In this document: positions 53,137 through 64,000 of the stretch, piece after piece
Position numbering within the stretch: position 1 is the first letter of the stretch
Layout: every line of letters starts with the position of its first letter
DNA from: Acidimicrobiales bacterium
GTDB lineage: Bacteria; Actinomycetota; Acidimicrobiia; Acidimicrobiales; SHLQ01
Assembly: GCA_020629635.1 (NCBI GenBank)
Contig: JAHDCX010000015.1
Coordinates: forward strand, 18,899-82,898
DNA length: 64,000 nt
Direction of reading: 5' to 3'
Notes under the pieces: generated by a model
Seen by the model: the letters and a program-made list of their open reading frames with translations, nothing else
The model's database searches: none
What the model was told of the DNA's origin: nothing
Made by a program: the position numbers and the translations under genes

Positions 53137-54975
53137 ATGTCCAAGGCAGTAGGCATCGATCTCGGTACGACCAACTCGGTCGTCAGCGTGCTCGAGGGAG
53201 GCGATCCCATCGTGATCGCCAACTCGGAGGGATCGCGAACCACCCCCTCAGTCGTCGCGTTCGCGAAGGACGGCGAAGTCCTCGTCGGCGAAGTCGCCAA
53301 GCGTCAGGCCATCACCAACCCCGATCGCACCATCCGGTCCGTCAAGCGCCACATGGGCACCAACTGGAAGATCGACATCGACGGCAAGGGCTACACCTCC
53401 CAGGAGATCTCCGCCCGCACGTTGATGAAGCTCAAGCGCGACGCCGAGGCCTACCTCGGTGAGTCCGTCACCCAGGCCGTCATCACCGTGCCGGCGTATT
53501 TCGACGACGCGCAGCGCACCGCCACCCAGGAGGCGGGGACGATTGCTGGTCTCGAGGTGCTCCGCATCATCAACGAGCCGACGGCCGCCGCGCTCGCGTA
53601 TGGCCTCGACAAGGGCGACAGCGACCAGACGATCCTCGTCTTCGACCTCGGTGGCGGCACGTTCGACGTGTCGGTCCTCGAGATCGGTGACGGCGTGTTC
53701 GAGGTTCGCTCGACCCACGGCGACACCGCACTCGGCGGCGACGACTGGGACGAAGCGATCATCGACTGGCTGGTCTCCAGCTTCAAGAACGACCACGGCG
53801 TCGACCTGTCCGCCGATTCGATGGCGGGCCAGCGCCTGAAAGAAGCCGCCGAGAAGGCCAAGATCGAGCTGTCGCAGGTCCAGCAAACCCAGATCAACCT
53901 GCCGTTCATCACGGCGACCGACGCGGGTCCCCTTCACCTCGACTACGGCCTCAGCCGCTCCAAGTTCGAAGAGCTCACGTCGGACCTGTTGCAGCGCACT
54001 CGCGTGCCGTTCGAGCAGGCGATCAAGGATGCCGGTCTCACCAAGGGAGAGATCGACCACGTGATTCTCGTCGGTGGCTCGACCCGCATGCCCGCCGTCG
54101 CGGATCTGGTCCAGGAGCTCACCGGCAAGGAGCCCAACAAGACCGTCAACCCGGATGAGGTCGTGGCCATCGGTGCGTCGGTCCAGGCCGGCGTGCTCAA
54201 GGGTGAGGTGAAGGACGTCCTGCTTCTCGACGTCACCCCCTTGTCGCTCGGCATCGAGACCAAGGGCGGCGTGATGACCAAGCTCATCGAGCGCAACACG
54301 ACGATTCCGACCAAGCGGACCGAGGTCTTCACGACCGCTGACGACAACCAGCCGTCGGTCGAGATCCACGTCCTCCAGGGCGAACGCGAGATGGCCGGCT
54401 ACAACAAGACGCTCGGCAAGTTCCAGCTCGTCGATCTGCCGCCCGCCCCGCGTGGCGTGCCACAGATCGAGGTCACCTTCGACATCGATGCCAACGGCAT
54501 CGTGCACGTGTCGGCCAAGGACCGGGCGACCAACAAGGAACAGTCGATGACGATCACGGGTCAGAGCTCGCTCGATTCTGACGTGATCGATCAGATGGTT
54601 CGTGATGCCGAAGCACACGCCGAGGAGGACTCGCGTCGTCGTGCCGAGGCCGAAGCCCGCAACAACGCGGACTCGCTCGTCTACCAAACCGAGAAGTTGC
54701 TCGCCGATCAGGGAGACAAGTTCGAGGGCGACGAGAAGGCCGACGTCGAGTCCAAGCTCGCCGATCTGAAGACCGCAGTCGCGGGCGACGACATCGACGA
54801 CATCAAGGTGAAGACCGAGTCGTTGATGACCGCATCCCAAGCCTTCACGCAGCGACTCTACGAAGCGGCCTCGGCCGAGGACGTTGCCGACTCGGCGGAC
54901 TTCGCCGAACCCACGCCCGACGACGTCGTCGACGCGGAGATCATCGAAGACGACGAGCCGACCGACGAAGCCTGA
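53137..54975 (+). CDS. dnaK: Molecular chaperone DnaK (Hsp70)
   Basis: [34 protein letters not shown]; 612 aa. Confidence 0.97.
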   Translation: MSKAVGIDLGTTNSVVSVLEGGDPIVIANSEGSRTTPSVVAFAKDGEVLVGEVAKRQAITNPDRTIRSVKRHMGTNWKIDIDGKGYTSQEISARTLMKLKRDAEAYLGESVTQAVITVPAYFDDAQRTATQEAGTIAGLEVLRIINEPTAAALAYGLDKGDSDQTILVFDLGGGTFDVSVLEIGDGVFEVRSTHGDTALGGDDWDEAIIDWLVSSFKNDHGVDLSADSMAGQRLKEAAEKAKIELSQVQQTQINLPFITATDAGPLHLDYGLSRSKFEELTSDLLQRTRVPFEQAIKDAGLTKGEIDHVILVGGSTRMPAVADLVQELTGKEPNKTVNPDEVVAIGASVQAGVLKGEVKDVLLLDVTPLSLGIETKGGVMTKLIERNTTIPTKRTEVFTTADDNQPSVEIHVLQGEREMAGYNKTLGKFQLVDLPPAPRGVPQIEVTFDIDANGIVHVSAKDRATNKEQSMTITGQSSLDSDVIDQMVRDAEAHAEEDSRRRAEAEARNNADSLVYQTEKLLADQGDKFEGDEKADVESKLADLKTAVAGDDIDDIKVKTESLMTASQAFTQRLYEAASAEDVADSADFAEPTPDDVVDAEIIEDDEPTDEA

Positions 54976-55011
54976 TCCCGACACTGGATCCGACGGGAAG
55001 GAACCAGGCGC

Positions 55012-55632
55012 ATGTCTGATCAGAACCGAAGCGCGGTCGACGCGATCATCGAAGACAACCTGGCGATGCGCGACGAGATCGACGAACTCGTCGAGGAACG
55101 CGACAACGCCGAGCCGTCATCGACGCAGGACGATGGTCCTCGAATCGACTTTGCCGACGACAGTCCGTCGGTGGAGTCGGAATCGGACGGATCGACGGGG
55201 TCCCTCGACGACGTCATCGCCGAGCGCGACTCCTACCTCGCCGACTCTCAGCGGCTCGCGGCCGATTTCGCCAACTATCGCAAGCAGTCCGAGAAACGAA
55301 TTGCCGAGACCGCGGCGGCCCAATCCGCTGGGCTGGTTCGCAATTTGCTGCCCGTGCTCGACGCGTGTGATTCGGCCATCGTCCAGGATCCGGAGTCGCC
55401 GGTTGGTGCCATCCGCGCCGCATTGTTGGGGGAGCTCGAGCGAAGCGGACTCGAGTTGTTGGCCCCAGCCGACGGTGACGGCTTCGACCCCGAAATGCAC
55501 GAAGCGGTCATGCATGAGGCCGCTGCGGCCGATGCAGAACACGATGGACCGGTCGTGGCCGAGGTGCTCCGTGCGGGCTACGTCTGGAAAGGCAAGGTGG
55601 TCCGTCCAGCGATGGTGAAGGTGGCAGGGTAG
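55012..55632 (+). CDS. grpE: Nucleotide exchange factor GrpE
   Basis: RLAADFANYRKQSEK, LLPVLDACD, FDPEMHEAV, GYVWKGKVVRPAMVKV. Confidence 0.9.
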   Translation: MSDQNRSAVDAIIEDNLAMRDEIDELVEERDNAEPSSTQDDGPRIDFADDSPSVESESDGSTGSLDDVIAERDSYLADSQRLAADFANYRKQSEKRIAETAAAQSAGLVRNLLPVLDACDSAIVQDPESPVGAIRAALLGELERSGLELLAPADGDGFDPEMHEAVMHEAAAADAEHDGPVVAEVLRAGYVWKGKVVRPAMVKVAG

Positions 55633-55635
55633 ATC

Positions 55636-56547
55636 GTGGAACCGCAGCGCGAGTGGCTCGAAAAGGACTACTACGCCGTTTTGGGCGTCCAGAAGACGTC
55701 GACGGCGAAGGAGATCTCGAAGTCGTATCGCACGCTCGCGCGCAAGTATCACCCCGACACCAACGCTGGCGACGAGAAGGCCGAAGAACGCTTCAAAGAA
55801 ATCTCTGCCGCCTACGAAGTCATCGGCGACGAGTCGACACGCAAGAAGTACGACGAGTTCCGGCGCCTCGGCGGCGGCGGATTCGGTGGGTACAGCCCGC
55901 GTCCAGGAGAGGGCCCTGACCTCGGCGATCTTTCAGACCTGCTCGGAGGGCTCTTTGGCGGGCGCGGTGGCAGTCGCGGCTTCGGCGGTTTCGGGCCGAT
56001 GCCGGGGATGGATCTTCAGGCACGGCTGACCTTGACGTTCGAGGAGGCCGTGTCGGGGGTGACCAAATCGGTTCGATTGAGCTCCGACGCGCTCCGCGGT
56101 CCAATGGAGGTCAACGTCCGGATCCCTCCGGGGGTCAGCAACGGACAGCGCATTCGTGTGCCCGGCAAGGGTGCTCCGTCGGAGGCTGGCGGCGATGCGG
56201 GCGATCTGTTGGTCACGATCTCGATCGAGTCGCATTCGGTGTTCGAACGCGACGGCGCGAACCTTCTCGTGACGATTCCGGTGACCTTCCCCGAAGCGGT
56301 ACTCGGTGCCGATATCAAGGTGCCGACGGTGTCGGGGTCGACGGTGACGGTTCGGATCCCCCCGGGTACGCCGTCGGGCAAGGTGCTTCGGATCCGGGGG
56401 CGAGGCGTGCAGAGCAGTTCGTCGACGGGCGACCTGCTCGTGACGGTCACCGTGCACGTGCCCGCCGAACTCAGCACCACCGAACGCGAGCTGGTCGAAC
56501 GGCTGGCAGAGGTGACCGAGTCGGCGCCGCGTGGCATCGAGGTCTGA
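55636..56547 (+). CDS. dnaJ: J-domain co-chaperone, class B (DnaJ/CbpA-like, no zinc-finger domain)
   Basis: J domain DYYAVLGV...KYHPDTN, G/F region, and two C-terminal beta-sandwich domains. No CxxCxGxG repeats are visible anywhere in the 303 aa. Confidence 0.85.
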   Translation: MEPQREWLEKDYYAVLGVQKTSTAKEISKSYRTLARKYHPDTNAGDEKAEERFKEISAAYEVIGDESTRKKYDEFRRLGGGGFGGYSPRPGEGPDLGDLSDLLGGLFGGRGGSRGFGGFGPMPGMDLQARLTLTFEEAVSGVTKSVRLSSDALRGPMEVNVRIPPGVSNGQRIRVPGKGAPSEAGGDAGDLLVTISIESHSVFERDGANLLVTIPVTFPEAVLGADIKVPTVSGSTVTVRIPPGTPSGKVLRIRGRGVQSSSSTGDLLVTVTVHVPAELSTTERELVERLAEVTESAPRGIEV

Positions 56548-56549
56548 TC

Positions 56550-56876
56550 GTGGAGGCCAAGGCGGTGTACGTGATCTCGGTCGCCGCGGAGCTGACCGGT
56601 ATGCATCCTCAGACGCTTCGCATCTACGAACGGAAGGGTTTGGTGCACCCCGCTCGAACGGGTGGGGGAAGTCGCCGATACTCCGATGAGGACGTGGCGC
56701 TCCTCCGACGAATCGCCGAGCTGACGTCCGAGGGCATGAACCTGGTTGGGGTGAAGCGCATCCTCGATCTTGAACGGCGGGTGGCCGAGCTCGAATCCGA
56801 GCTCGCCGGGCTCCGAACCAAACATCGCCGGGACCTTGTACCGCTCCGTCAAACGTTGTCGCGTTACGAGGGTTGA
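56550..56876 (+). CDS. hspR: MerR-family heat-shock repressor HspR
   Basis: YVISVAAELTGMHPQTLRIYERKGLVHPARTGGGSRRYSDEDV. Last gene of the dnaK operon, as in Streptomyces and Mycobacterium. Confidence 0.85.
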   Translation: MEAKAVYVISVAAELTGMHPQTLRIYERKGLVHPARTGGGSRRYSDEDVALLRRIAELTSEGMNLVGVKRILDLERRVAELESELAGLRTKHRRDLVPLRQTLSRYEG

Positions 56877-57706
56877 CGTCGCGCCGCTTGTCGGGCGCGC
56901 CGTTGTTGGCCCTCGCGGCGAAGTGCGTCGGCGTCGCTCGTCGACATGAACGTGTCTCGCCAGTCGGCGGAGCCGTGCCAGACGACGGGGAGTTCGACCG
57001 TGGTGCGTGGCATCGTCATGGCCACCGCAGCCTCGAGTGCGGCGCGGAGGATCCGTCGTTGTTGACGTGGGTCGTCGGCGGGGCCGACGGGGTTACCGAG
57101 CGGGAGATCGGTGAAGACGAAGCGGGGCACACCGAGTTCTTCGATGATGTCTCGGGCGGACCCGATGATGAGCGTGGGGATGCCGGCGGCTTCGAGCACG
57201 TTTGCGGTCAGACCGACCGATTGGTGACAGACCGGTCAAAGCGGTGCGAACACGACGAGGTCGACCTCGTCGTGTTGAACGGCGTCGACCAGGGCGTGCG
57301 CGGTCTCGGTGGTTTGGCGCTGGCTGTAGACGGTGGCAATCCCGTGGAACCGTGGGGCGATGCTGCCGATCACGCCATCCTCGGCGAGCGCGACGAGGTG
57401 GTCGATCGGGAGAAAGGATCCGAGGTCGTCGGTGTGGGTTGCCTCGTGGTGCCAGTGCAGATGGTCGGTGACGAGACGCGGCGGGACCGGAAACGTGGGA
57501 GCGGCGAAGGGTTCGCGTCGACGATGCCCGGGGAGTGCCGCCGTGGTGACGAGTCCGACGCGTGCCTGCTCGAGGGGGGTACGGATTCGACTGAAGGCGA
57601 CCTCGTCGTGGACCGCCCAGGCGTAGGGAGTGTCGTAGCCCATGGCGGCGTAGTACTCGCGGGAGGCGTCGATGTAGCTCAGGTGGCTGCGATGGGTCCG
57701 GGTCAC
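56864..57706 (-). CDS. GrdB-family (glycine/sarcosine/betaine/D-proline reductase selenoprotein B-like) protein with in-frame TGA at 57236-57238 (candidate selenocysteine; otherwise a disrupted gene)
   Basis: Tracked ORFs 57236-57925 and 56864-57199 are in the same frame, separated only by TGA plus 12 sense codons: ...DEVDLVVFAPL-TGA-PVCHQSVGLTANVLEAAGIPTLIIGSARD... N-terminal HLSYIDASREYYAAMGYDTPYAWA and C-terminal GIPTLIIGS...PRFVFTDLPLGNPVG resemble the family. Start set at GTG 57706 so as not to cover the clpB HAIR and promoter. Confidence 0.5.
57205..57219 (-). other. SECIS-like hairpin downstream of the in-frame UGA
   Basis: mRNA CGGUC-GGUCU-GACCG begins 16 nt after the UGA. The loop GGU lies about 25-27 nt from the U of UGA. 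Confidence 0.3.
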
Positions 57707-57752
57707 CAGTCCATGATGGTGGAGGATCGCGGAATAGATCCAACGCTCAGAA

Positions 57753-57773
57753 GTTGAGTGAGTCAGACTCAAG
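57753..57773. promoter_or_regulatory. HAIR (HspR operator) upstream of clpB
   Basis: GTTGAGT-gagtcag-ACTCAAG, with perfect TTGAGT/ACTCAA arms and N7 spacing, 24 nt upstream of the clpB ATG. Confidence 0.72.
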
Positions 57774-57796
57774 TTCACGAAAGGCAGCGAGTACCC

Positions 57797-60292
<2,496 letters not shown>

Positions 60293-60408
60293 GTCGACGT
60301 GCCCGGACATTTGGACGATCGCGTGGTTGCATCTACTCTCGCGCGCGGAGTGGGCCGTCTGATCTGGGCGGCACAGGGGAGTACGTGGCGAGTGCTCGGG
60401 AGGAAAAC

Positions 60409-61491
60409 ATGACTGCAACTTCGACGCATCGACGTGGTCTGACGATGACCGCAATGGTGATCGTGGCGACGCTCCTTGCCGCGATTCTGGTGCTGGCGAT
60501 GAACGATCGGGCCTCGGCCCAATCCGGACCACAAGGCACGTGCTCGGGTGACGTCACCGTCACCTTCGGTTCGGAGTACTTCGGTCTCGGCGACTTCGGC
60601 AATCGACTGATGTCGAGCACTCCGCAATCGCGGACCTATGACCTGCCGAGTCCCATGCCAGCCGGCACCTGGGACGTGACCGCAGTCAGCTACGACGGCT
60701 ACACCGGTCGCGACTCGATCTCGCCGCAGACGCAGGAGCAGTGGTACACCGAGTTCCTGGCGGCCGACGGCACGGTCCTCGCCACCTCCGGCACCAGTGC
60801 CGACATCGAAGACAGCGTGATCGAGGCCGAATGGGCCGGGTCGCTCGGTTCGGTCACGCTCGCTGCCGAGGCCACGACGATTCGCACGGTGCACGTTGCG
60901 CCGGGCGCCGCGAGCGTGAACTCGGTTCGTCCGACGTGCATTGGTGCGTCGCTCCAGGCGACGACACCTGAGCTGAGCACGATCTCGGTCACGATCCAAC
61001 ACACCGACGCGTCGTCCTCGACGCTCACGTTGACCTGCGGCACCGAAGAACAGTCGGCCACTGGCCGACTCGTACAGCTGCTCCTCGATGACATCGAGGG
61101 TCCGCAGCGATGCGAGATCACCTATCCGACCGACGCCGTTTGCGCAGTGGTCGTGTCGCCGACCGAAGCAACGACGGAGACCATCACCAACGGCATCGCG
61201 GTGACGGTCCCCGAAGCAACCGATGTCGAGGTCACGATCACGTGCCGTGCCGCGGACACTGCGGTCACCACCACGACGCTGCCTGATGCGACGGCGACCA
61301 CCACGACGACCGTCGCCACCGGCAACGGGACCGCAACCACGACGACCACCGTTGCGACGAACACCGGCGCAGGCGGAACCGGCGGGGGAGCGGCGACCAC
61401 GACCACGACGATCGCCACGCAGGTGCAAGGCCAGGTCGAGACGGCGCCGACGGCGCAGGCTCAGCCCGGTACACCCACGTTCACCGGCTGA
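60409..61491 (+). CDS. Secreted hypothetical protein with Cys-containing N-domain and Thr-rich C-terminal region
   Basis: GGGAGG 5 nt upstream of ATG 60409. Signal/[31 protein letters not shown]. No recognisable domain. Tail [37 protein letters not shown]... Confidence 0.6.
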   Translation: MTATSTHRRGLTMTAMVIVATLLAAILVLAMNDRASAQSGPQGTCSGDVTVTFGSEYFGLGDFGNRLMSSTPQSRTYDLPSPMPAGTWDVTAVSYDGYTGRDSISPQTQEQWYTEFLAADGTVLATSGTSADIEDSVIEAEWAGSLGSVTLAAEATTIRTVHVAPGAASVNSVRPTCIGASLQATTPELSTISVTIQHTDASSSTLTLTCGTEEQSATGRLVQLLLDDIEGPQRCEITYPTDAVCAVVVSPTEATTETITNGIAVTVPEATDVEVTITCRAADTAVTTTTLPDATATTTTTVATGNGTATTTTTVATNTGAGGTGGGAATTTTTIATQVQGQVETAPTAQAQPGTPTFTG

Positions 61492-61541
61492 GTGTCCCGA
61501 TAGGATCGGTCGGTCGCATTCGGCCGATCGGAAGGAACACG

Positions 61542-62822
61542 ATGGGCGCCACCGTCATCGTCGGTACCCAATGGGGTGATGAGGGCAAGGGCAAGTTCAC
61601 CGACCTCCTCTCCCGTGACATGTCCCAAGTGGTTCGCTTCCAGGGTGGCCACAATGCCGGACACACGATCGTGGTCGAGGGCGAGAGCTTTGCATTGCAA
61701 CTCGTGCCGTCGGGCATTCTCTACCCGCACATCACGCCGGTCATCGGCAACGGTGTCGTGGTCGATCCCGGCGTGCTGTTGCGTGAGCTCGACATGCTCG
61801 AGAGCAAGGGCGTCGACACGTCGAGACTGCGGGTTTCGGGCAACGCGCATCTGATCTTTCCGTATCACCAGAGTCTCGATGCGCTCCAGGAGCGTCATCT
61901 CGGCAAGAACAAGCTCGGCACAACCAAGCGCGGTATTGGCCCGGCCTACGCGGACAAGTCCATGCGGACGGGTTTGCGGGTGCAGGATCTGCTCGACGAG
62001 AAGATCTTCCGGCAGAAGCTCGAGGTCGTACTCCATCAGCTGAATCCGGTGATGAACCGGGTGTACAACAAGCTGGGTTTCGAGATCGACGAGATCGTCG
62101 AGACGGCGATGGAGCAGTACCGTCCTCGGCTCGAGCCGATGATCACTGACGCGATCTCGCTCGTGCATCGTGCGCTCGAATCCGGCGAGGACATTCTGCT
62201 CGAAGGTGCCCAGGCCACGTTCCTCGACCTCGATCACGGCACCTATCCCTACGTGACGTCGTCGAACCCGACGGCAGGTGGCGCCTGTGTCGGCAGCGGG
62301 GTCGGACCCCGCTACATCGATCGGGTCGTCGGCGTGGCGAAGGCGTACATCACGAGAGTGGGGGCGGGACCCTTCCCGACGGAGTTGTTCGATTCGGTCG
62401 GCGATCACATCGTCGACGTCGGCCACGAGTACGGCACCAACACGGGTCGCCGTCGTCGGCCGGGATGGTTCGATTGTGTGATGATGCGCTACGCCCGCCG
62501 GGTCAACTCGCTTTCCGAGCTCGGGATCACCAAGCTCGACGTGCTCGACGGCCTCGATTCGATCAAGGTCTGCGTCGGGTATGAGCACGATGGCGAACGC
62601 ATCGACGATTTCCCGTATCACCAATCGGTTCTTCACAACGTTACGCCGGTGTACGAAGAGCTTCCGGGTTGGAAGACCGACCTGACCGGCATCACCGATC
62701 GTTCGGAGCTGCCCACCGCTGCAGCCGATTATCTCCGGTTCATCGAGGAGCATTGCGGCATGCCGGTGCGCCTCGTCGGGGTGGGTCCGGGCCGCAAACA
62801 AGTGCTCGACTTTGCGGCCTGA
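61542..62822 (+). CDS. purA: Adenylosuccinate synthase
   Basis: [41 protein letters not shown]. Confidence 0.95.
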   Translation: MGATVIVGTQWGDEGKGKFTDLLSRDMSQVVRFQGGHNAGHTIVVEGESFALQLVPSGILYPHITPVIGNGVVVDPGVLLRELDMLESKGVDTSRLRVSGNAHLIFPYHQSLDALQERHLGKNKLGTTKRGIGPAYADKSMRTGLRVQDLLDEKIFRQKLEVVLHQLNPVMNRVYNKLGFEIDEIVETAMEQYRPRLEPMITDAISLVHRALESGEDILLEGAQATFLDLDHGTYPYVTSSNPTAGGACVGSGVGPRYIDRVVGVAKAYITRVGAGPFPTELFDSVGDHIVDVGHEYGTNTGRRRRPGWFDCVMMRYARRVNSLSELGITKLDVLDGLDSIKVCVGYEHDGERIDDFPYHQSVLHNVTPVYEELPGWKTDLTGITDRSELPTAAADYLRFIEEHCGMPVRLVGVGPGRKQVLDFAA

Positions 62823-62834
62823 GGTCGGCCGATC

Positions 62835-64000
62835 ATGACCAGACGAGTCGTCGTCGTTGGTTCGGGTGGCCGCGAGCATGCGCTCGCCGATGTGCTCGGC
62901 CGCACGAGCGACGTGATCGTCACGCCAGGAAATCCGGGGATCTCCGGGTCGGTATCGACACCCGCCACCGAGTTGGACGCCGACCTGTTTGTCATCGGCC
63001 CCGAGGTGCCCCTGGTCGACGGTCTGGCCGACGAACTTCGGGCACAGGGCAAGCTCGTGTTCGGTCCGGGGGCTGACGGCGCTCGGCTCGAGGGCAGCAA
63101 GGCCTGGATGAAGGAACTCTTCGTCGCCGCCGGAGTGCCGACCGCCGACCACGGTGCGTTCACCGAGCTCGAACCCGCACTCGCCTTTCTGTCCACGATG
63201 GAGCCGCCGTTCGTGGTCAAGACCGATGGGCTCGCTGCCGGCAAGGGGGTGTTGGTCACCGACGATCGTGGAGCAGCCGAGGCGGCCGTCGCCGAGTATC
63301 TGTCCGGGACCGCCTTCGGCGACGCCGGCACCACCGTCGTGATCGAAGAAGGTCTCGTGGGTCCGGAGGTGTCGGTGTTCGCGATCTGCGATGGCAACTC
63401 CGCCGTCGCCCTCGCCGCTGCGCAGGACCACAAGCGTGTTGGCGACGGCGATTCGGGCCCGAACACGGGCGGCATGGGGGCATACACGCCACTGCCGTGG
63501 GCCGACGACGGTCTCGTCGACACGGTCATGCAGCTCGCGATCGAGCCGACCCTCGCCGAACTTGGTCGTCGGGGTATCGACTATCGGGGCGTGCTCTACG
63601 CCGGCCTGATGTTGACTGAGTCGGGACCGAAGATGCTCGAGTACAACGTGCGGTTCGGGGACCCCGAAACCCAGGTGGTTCTGCCGCGGATCGAATCCGA
63701 TCTGGCGCAGCTCCTGACCGAAGCCGCCGCCGGCAAGATCGAACACCAACCGGTGTTTGCGTCCGATGCGGTCGTGGTCGTCGTCTGCGCAAGCGAGTGG
63801 TACCCCGCGTCTTCGAGAACCGGTGATGTGATCGACGGCATCGACGACGCCCGAGCACTCGATGGGGTGTCGGTGTACTGCGCAGGCGTCGAAAAGGACG
63901 ACCACGAACAGCTCGTGACCGCCGGCGGACGTGTGCTCAACGTCGTCGGTCGGGGGGCGACCGTGGACGAGGCGGCAGCCCGCGCCTATGCCGGCGTGGA
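62835..64000 (+). CDS. purD: Phosphoribosylamine-glycine ligase, 3' end beyond window
   Basis: The frame is open from ATG 62835 to the window edge, so it is not in the ORF track. Hand translation: MTRRVVVVGSGGREHALA..., VVKTDGLAAGKGV, GPNTGGMGAY, YAGLMLT..GPKMLEYNVRFGDPE. Confidence 0.9.
   Translation, partial: MTRRVVVVGSGGREHALADVLGRTSDVIVTPGNPGISGSVSTPATELDADLFVIGPEVPLVDGLADELRAQGKLVFGPGADGARLEGSKAWMKELFVAAGVPTADHGAFTELEPALAFLSTMEPPFVVKTDGLAAGKGVLVTDDRGAAEAAVAEYLSGTAFGDAGTTVVIEEGLVGPEVSVFAICDGNSAVALAAAQDHKRVGDGDSGPNTGGMGAYTPLPWADDGLVDTVMQLAIEPTLAELGRRGIDYRGVLYAGLMLTESGPKMLEYNVRFGDPETQVVLPRIESDLAQLLTEAAAGKIEHQPVFASDAVVVVVCASEWYPASSRTGDVIDGIDDARALDGVSVYCAGVEKDDHEQLVTAGGRVLNVVGRGATVDEAAARAYAGV

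Noticed and set aside
61461-63905. 814-aa minus-strand ORF
   Set aside because: It is antisense to purA and purD, with no motifs.

Overview
High-GC, actinobacterial-type chromosomal segment spanning the replication origin. All family and function calls rest on motif recognition and recalled synteny; no database search was possible.

Gene order:
- 1-1.3 kb: partial LTD+CotH secreted protein.
- 1.8-5.2 kb (minus): dnaB-rplI-rpsR-ssb-rpsF.
- 5.4-30 kb, mixed functions: decayed AlbA_2/wHTH gene, guanine deaminase, PrsW protease, mucin-like repeat protein, LmbE-type deacetylase + DsbA-like protein, NYN/LOTUS protein, kynU-kmo-MFS operon, GGDEF-EAL protein, five-gene monovalent-cation transport cluster, short sigma-70 + wHTH pair, GBBH-like dioxygenase, panB.
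- 31-50 kb, conserved actinobacterial ori-proximal block: cca / Rv3909-like protein / DegV + an apparently active Ser/Thr kinase where mycobacteria carry MviN / ECF sigma + anti-sigma / trxB-trxA-cwlM-like / parB-parA with two perfect parS / rsmG-jag-yidC-yidD-rnpA-rpmH | dnaA - oriC (9 DnaA boxes) - dnaN.
- 51-64 kb: dnaN is followed not by recF-gyrBA but by a pterin dehydratase, gpmI, the dnaK-grpE-dnaJ-hspR operon and clpB (HAIR operators), a Thr-rich secreted protein, purA and partial purD.

I recognised no rRNA, tRNA, CRISPR array, transposase or integrase.

Most unusual observation: two adjacent minus-strand ORFs of a GrdB-family (selenoprotein B-like) reductase are joined in frame by a single TGA. 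The context is U-x-x-C, and a SECIS-like hairpin lies about 25 nt downstream, making this a candidate selenocysteine gene.

Other points worth a second look:
- duplicated hairpin elements in the rpmH-dnaA spacer
- the stand-alone kinase at the MviN position
- a CwlM-like protein that appears to have lost all three Zn ligands
- the coupled kynU-kmo-MFS operon
- the cation-transport island
- low-complexity tails on several housekeeping proteins
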